64,000 nucleotides of DNA, taken from positions 96,001 to 160,000 of the forward strand of contig OY821645.1 of assembly GCA_963682135.1 (NCBI GenBank), given 5' to 3'. Under the pieces are notes generated by a model. The model saw nothing but the letters and a program-made list of their open reading frames with translations. It was not told the origin of the DNA and searched no databases. Below, piece after piece: positions 60,175 to 64,000 of the stretch. This DNA is from Methanothrix sp. (lineage in GTDB: Archaea > Halobacteriota > Methanosarcinia > Methanotrichales > Methanotrichaceae). The translations under genes and the position numbers were made by a program. Position 1 is the first letter of the stretch; each line of letters begins with the position of its first letter.

Positions 60175-60693
60175 ATGCAGATGGCATCCAGCAAGATATC
60201 CATAGTAATGGCCGATATCACCACACTCAAGGTCGATGCCATCGTCAACGCCGCCAACAACTCTCTTGTGGGAGGTGGAGGCGTGGATGGTGCCATTCAT
60301 AATGCTGCGGGCCCACAGCTCTGGGAGGAATGTCGTCGCATCGGAGGTTGTCCGACAGGCGAGGCCTGTATCACCGGGGGATACCATCTAGCTGCAAGAT
60401 GGATCATTCATACCGTAGGACCCATCTGGCGAGGCGGAGACAACGGGGAGGACGATCTATTGGCCTGCTGCTATAGAAACTCTCTGAATCTGGGCAAGCT
60501 GTATGGCATAAAGAGCATAGCATTCCCGGCAATCAGTGCCGGAGTCTATGGATTTCCTATGGAACGAGCCTGTCGCATTGCCCTTAGAGAGATGAACTCA
60601 TTCCTGGAGAAAAGCTGCGGGATTGAGATCATCGCCGTCTGTTTCAGTAATAGCGCCTACCAGTGCTACCAAGATGCTATGCGAGAGATTTGA
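60175..60693 (+). CDS. Macro-domain protein (O-acetyl-ADP-ribose deacetylase, YmdB-like)
   Basis: DIT....DAIVNAAN.SL.GGGGVDGAIH, IHTVGP, AFPAISAGVYG motifs. Confidence 0.92.
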   Translation: MQMASSKISIVMADITTLKVDAIVNAANNSLVGGGGVDGAIHNAAGPQLWEECRRIGGCPTGEACITGGYHLAARWIIHTVGPIWRGGDNGEDDLLACCYRNSLNLGKLYGIKSIAFPAISAGVYGFPMERACRIALREMNSFLEKSCGIEIIAVCFSNSAYQCYQDAMREI

Positions 60694-60707
60694 TAGATCA
60701 TTTTGGA

Positions 60708-61718
60708 TCAGCTCACACAGTATATGCCTATCGCTACCACAAGAAACGAAATTCCCTTTTGTTTCAACGAGCACCAATCTGTTTTTTCATTAATCACATT
60801 GGCCAGCCTCGGGGTGAGAACTCCCAGGCCCAGGATGATGAGCACAGTTACGATGGGCTGAAGCGCTCCTATGCTTGATACCAGGGTAACTGATCCGATG
60901 GCGTAGGCAAAAATGGAGAAGATGATTCCCAGGAATTGGAAAGTCTCCTCTGAGATCAAAGCTCCTACAGCCAGGCCACCCTGACCAAAGAAGCTCTTGA
61001 CCTCGCTGCGAATGGAAGAGATGCCTATGAGAGGCAATACCGCTATAAGACTGCCCAGAGATGACCAAACGTAGAGATTCCACCCATCGATGGAGATGAG
61101 CAGATACTTTAGGGAAAGATAATAGACCGCGGTTAAAACCCAGTACGACAGGAATGGCTTTATGGCAGGAGAAAGGTCACTTATAAATTGTCCAAATGGC
61201 TTGCTGATTAAGCTATTGTTAGTAAAGCCATTACTGTATAAATCAGTTCGATTAGATAAATTATTTTTGTAGGAGATGAGCAGAGTGCCAACGAGAAGCA
61301 ATAACCCTCCAGCATAATGTCTCAGCTCCAGAACCTCTCCTAGAAGAAGTGCAGAGCCTATGAATACAAATAATGGATACACATATTCCAGCGCAGATAC
61401 TTTAGAAATTTCTTCAATCGCTAAGGCCTTCATGTAAAAAATACAAGGAAATACCTGCAGGCTTCCGAAGAGAAGAGCAAAGAGGGATTGCGGGTACACG
61501 AAGTCAGCGCCTGATATCAAAAAAACTGGGATGATAAAGAGCTGCGAAGCTAATACCTGGCATACGATGTACGCATTGGAATCGTTGGTATAGCTGCTGA
61601 GAAGAAACTTATCCAGCAATCCTGCAACTGAGTAAAATATCATTCCCAAGAATGCGAATGCAAACCATTCCAGTTCGAATCCCTCCTTACCAAGCAGCAA
61701 TTTTTTGAGTAAGTTCAA
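60708..61718 (-). CDS. EamA/DMT-superfamily transporter
   Basis: About 10 TM segments with LLGE.L and A...G.V.LVS repeat motifs. Confidence 0.75.
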   Translation of the reverse strand: MNLLKKLLLGKEGFELEWFAFAFLGMIFYSVAGLLDKFLLSSYTNDSNAYIVCQVLASQLFIIPVFLISGADFVYPQSLFALLFGSLQVFPCIFYMKALAIEEISKVSALEYVYPLFVFIGSALLLGEVLELRHYAGGLLLLVGTLLISYKNNLSNRTDLYSNGFTNNSLISKPFGQFISDLSPAIKPFLSYWVLTAVYYLSLKYLLISIDGWNLYVWSSLGSLIAVLPLIGISSIRSEVKSFFGQGGLAVGALISEETFQFLGIIFSIFAYAIGSVTLVSSIGALQPIVTVLIILGLGVLTPRLANVINEKTDWCSLKQKGISFLVVAIGIYCVS

Positions 61719-62310
61719 AGATATGGCTATCGTTTACACCAGGTTACTGTTTCAATCAATTTAAGATCAATGTCATACTAGTTATACTTATTCAATTCTC
61801 TATTAATGAAACAACACCAATTATAAAATTTTTTATAAAAGTTGGATATTAATTACATTATTTGCCTTAATAACTGAGATATATGAAAAAGCAATAATGG
61901 ATGGATTTGCAAAAAGCTCTTCTTTCTACTATTATTATTATATATTTTCAAATATGATCTAACTCGACCCACTTTGTTTAGAATAGAGCCTAATACAACA
62001 TATTCATTTTAATAGTAACGATAACATTCCAACTCACATTCGCCCCGCGCGTTCCTCAGGTTTATACTCTCAGAAGGGAGGAAGGATCTTTGGGGATGAT
62101 AATCAGCATGCATAAAGAGTATTTTACTCAGGAAAATGGCAGGGCGCGCCGGCAAGGGCTTCTGCTAAGAATTGCCGAGAGACGCAAACGATCCCAACTG
62201 ACCGGACACATTCGGAGGTTTTCTGATAGGCCATAGCTTCAAAATGCGAGCATGCACATGAGAATATTAGTGAATATATAGGACTAAGCCGAAAAGGAGT
62301 TTGCTTCGAC

Positions 62311-62623
62311 GTATGTGTTTAGCTCTCAATCAATCATTCCCAAATTTGCCACAAAATGTTTTTAACCAGAATAATTAAATAATAGGATAATAATACTTGA
62401 CCATTAGGAGTATGCACGAAGGAGCAACAATCAAGTAACCTCAAGAGCGAATTGAACAATTGGAACGCGAGAATATTCTATCGAGAAAGATCTTGGGCGC
62501 ACTGCGCAACGACAAAGGAACTTCGACTCATGAGCGAATCATGACGACACTGGCACCTTGGGGACAGAATGGCCTGGACAGTCTCCAAATGCTAACTATG
62601 AAGCTGGCCAGCTAAACATGTAC
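62311..62623 (+). mobile_element. Internally deleted IS66-family-like element (MITE-like, 313 bp)
   Basis: Terminal inverted repeats GTATGTGTTTAGCT / AGCTAAACATGTAC (12/14 match) enclose a fused transposase-like N- and C-terminal remnant at 62412..62615 with an internal TAA. Confidence 0.7.
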
Positions 62624-62660
62624 CAAAATTAAAATCTATTAAAGGTTCACGACCTCAATT

Positions 62661-63062
62661 TTAATGAAGTAGAAAATCCTTCGTCCTATCGTTTTCTTTG
62701 GCTTGGCCTTCATCTTGTTTTACGGAAGTTTTGACCGCCCGGGCCTTCTTGGACTTCTTTGGTGGCTTGCTTTTGCCGTGCTTTGATTTTGCTTTTGGCT
62801 CATGGTCTTCCATAGTCATCTTTGGGGGCGCTTCCAGACGTACTTCTGACTCTCGCAGTGAGAATATCATCTCTCTTCCTTTCTGTTCCATTATGATCTT
62901 ATCCTCACGGCCAAGCCAGCCTAGTGCTCCGAAGATTTCTTCACGGCTCATAGATGTGGTCTTTACAAGTTTGGTAATGTTGCCCGGACCGTTTTGGTTA
63001 AGTGCTCGCCATACAACACCTGCTTTCATGCCAAATATTGATTCAACAGTTGTTTGCGTCAT
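62661..63062 (-). CDS. Winged helix-turn-helix protein (DUF2582-like) with a basic tail
   Basis: FG..AG.VW..L...G and ALGWL.REDKI motifs. ATG 63062 or 63101 start. Confidence 0.8.
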   Translation of the reverse strand: MTQTTVESIFGMKAGVVWRALNQNGPGNITKLVKTTSMSREEIFGALGWLGREDKIIMEQKGREMIFSLRESEVRLEAPPKMTMEDHEPKAKSKHGKSKPPKKSKKARAVKTSVKQDEGQAKENDRTKDFLLH

Positions 63063-63366
63063 AGTACATAAAAAGTCTGCAATTCTTATATATGAATACA
63101 TTGGGAAAATGTGTGATCTTTAAAATTACATAGAAAATGCAACTTCTGATTTCGCTATGCGTTCTACCACACCTGCAGATCGCTCCCTTCTATCCGCATA
63201 GTTGACCCTTTTTTGCGAACCGCCACAGCCCAATGCACCCGCTCCCGCGCACGCGAGCCCGAAAGCGACTATGCCAGTACTCTGAGCTTCTTTGCTCGTA
63301 ATATCTTCGTTCTGCTTTGTTCCCGCCTACTGCCACCGTTGGCAAGCATTCTGAGTAGATAATCAG

Positions 63367-63810
63367 CTAGAGCCTATTGTTATCGAAAATGGAAAAAGCC
63401 GGAGTTGATAATCTTGAGTCCTGCATTCCAAATGCACCTAATTTGATTATCCTATTATCGGATGTTGTGTTTGTCGGGTTATTGTCTACAGGAGTAGTTG
63501 TAGAACTGTTCTGACTTGAATTGCCATTGCTGGTTTGGTTAAGGGATGAATTGGTGCTCAATTTAGTATATTGCGAGAGCGATTTCGCCTGTAATGTCGC
63601 TCCAGGATTGCTGCCAAGGTTGTCCCTGACAAACTCATCAAAGTTAGACATATCGATGTTGGTTGCCCGGTCGCCCATGAAGCTGGTTGAAGAACCTCCT
63701 CCGCCGGAGACCGAACAACCCCCTGCACAACCTCCTTTTACCTCTGGAAGAGAGATGAAGAATGAGATGACCACCAGAAACAATATCGTATGCTTGATAC
63801 TAATCCCCAT
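63367..63810 (-). CDS. Secreted hypothetical protein with a GGCAGGC motif after the signal peptide
   Basis: ATG 63810 gives a clean signal peptide (MGISIKH + hydrophobic stretch + VKG), followed by an Asn/Ser/Thr-rich region. Confidence 0.65.
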   Translation of the reverse strand: MGISIKHTILFLVVISFFISLPEVKGGCAGGCSVSGGGGSSTSFMGDRATNIDMSNFDEFVRDNLGSNPGATLQAKSLSQYTKLSTNSSLNQTSNGNSSQNSSTTTPVDNNPTNTTSDNRIIKLGAFGMQDSRLSTPAFSIFDNNRL

Positions 63811-64000
63811 GTTCTTTCCGGTTAGGAGATTTCTGGTTAAAAGCCCTTCGATAATGGCTTCATTTTTCACAATCATGCAAAATGACTGCACGGTATTTCC
63901 GATAAAAAACTTCGGCGGCGTCCGTTTGCCCACCCCGCGCGTCCGCCCGGCCCGGATGGCAGCCACCGTCTCTTCCGCGTCTGCGGCTGCATGCTGTCCA

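Noticed and set aside
62096-62236. 46-codon Arg-rich small ORF
   Set aside because: It is short with no homology cue; unsupported without expression data.
63930-63960. GC-rich intergenic patches (also near 211-241 and 63236-63268) as tRNA, ncRNA or a repeat family
   Set aside because: No cloverleaf or T-loop motif is present, and the shared core is too short to support a family.

Overview
Archaeal chromosomal window, most consistent with a Methanothrix/Methanotrichaceae-like methanogen. This is inferred from rps3ae, fen, dph2, mptA, kptA, vorBA, a Methanosarcinales S-layer duplication domain and many secreted proteins. Left to right: an IS1-family end remnant; a divergent locus of two large polytopic membrane proteins (degenerate exosortase-like TM module plus two DUF4350/GATase-like domains each) facing a secreted protein with about 40 tandem (T/S)Cxx units, which is the best candidate for an undescribed system; an HD hydrolase; an ~11 kb potassium cluster (kdpABC, a KdpD lacking its kinase domains with no kdpE, trkH-trkA-trkH); tyrA and aroE separated by a ~6.6 kb decaying accessory island (DUF1016 nuclease, gingipain-like C25 peptidase, beta-propeller lectin-like protein, broken toxin-antitoxin pairs); housekeeping genes; an XRE-cupin / acyl-CoA synthetase-ferredoxin fusion / vorB / vorA operon; fen-dph2; several secreted proteins (FecR + S-layer fusion, signal-bearing M32 carboxypeptidase, glutaminyl cyclase); a bacterial-type HMG-CoA synthase; and a 313-bp internally deleted IS66-like element. 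No rRNA, tRNA or CRISPR array was recognised. All family calls come from motif recognition by eye, not database searches.
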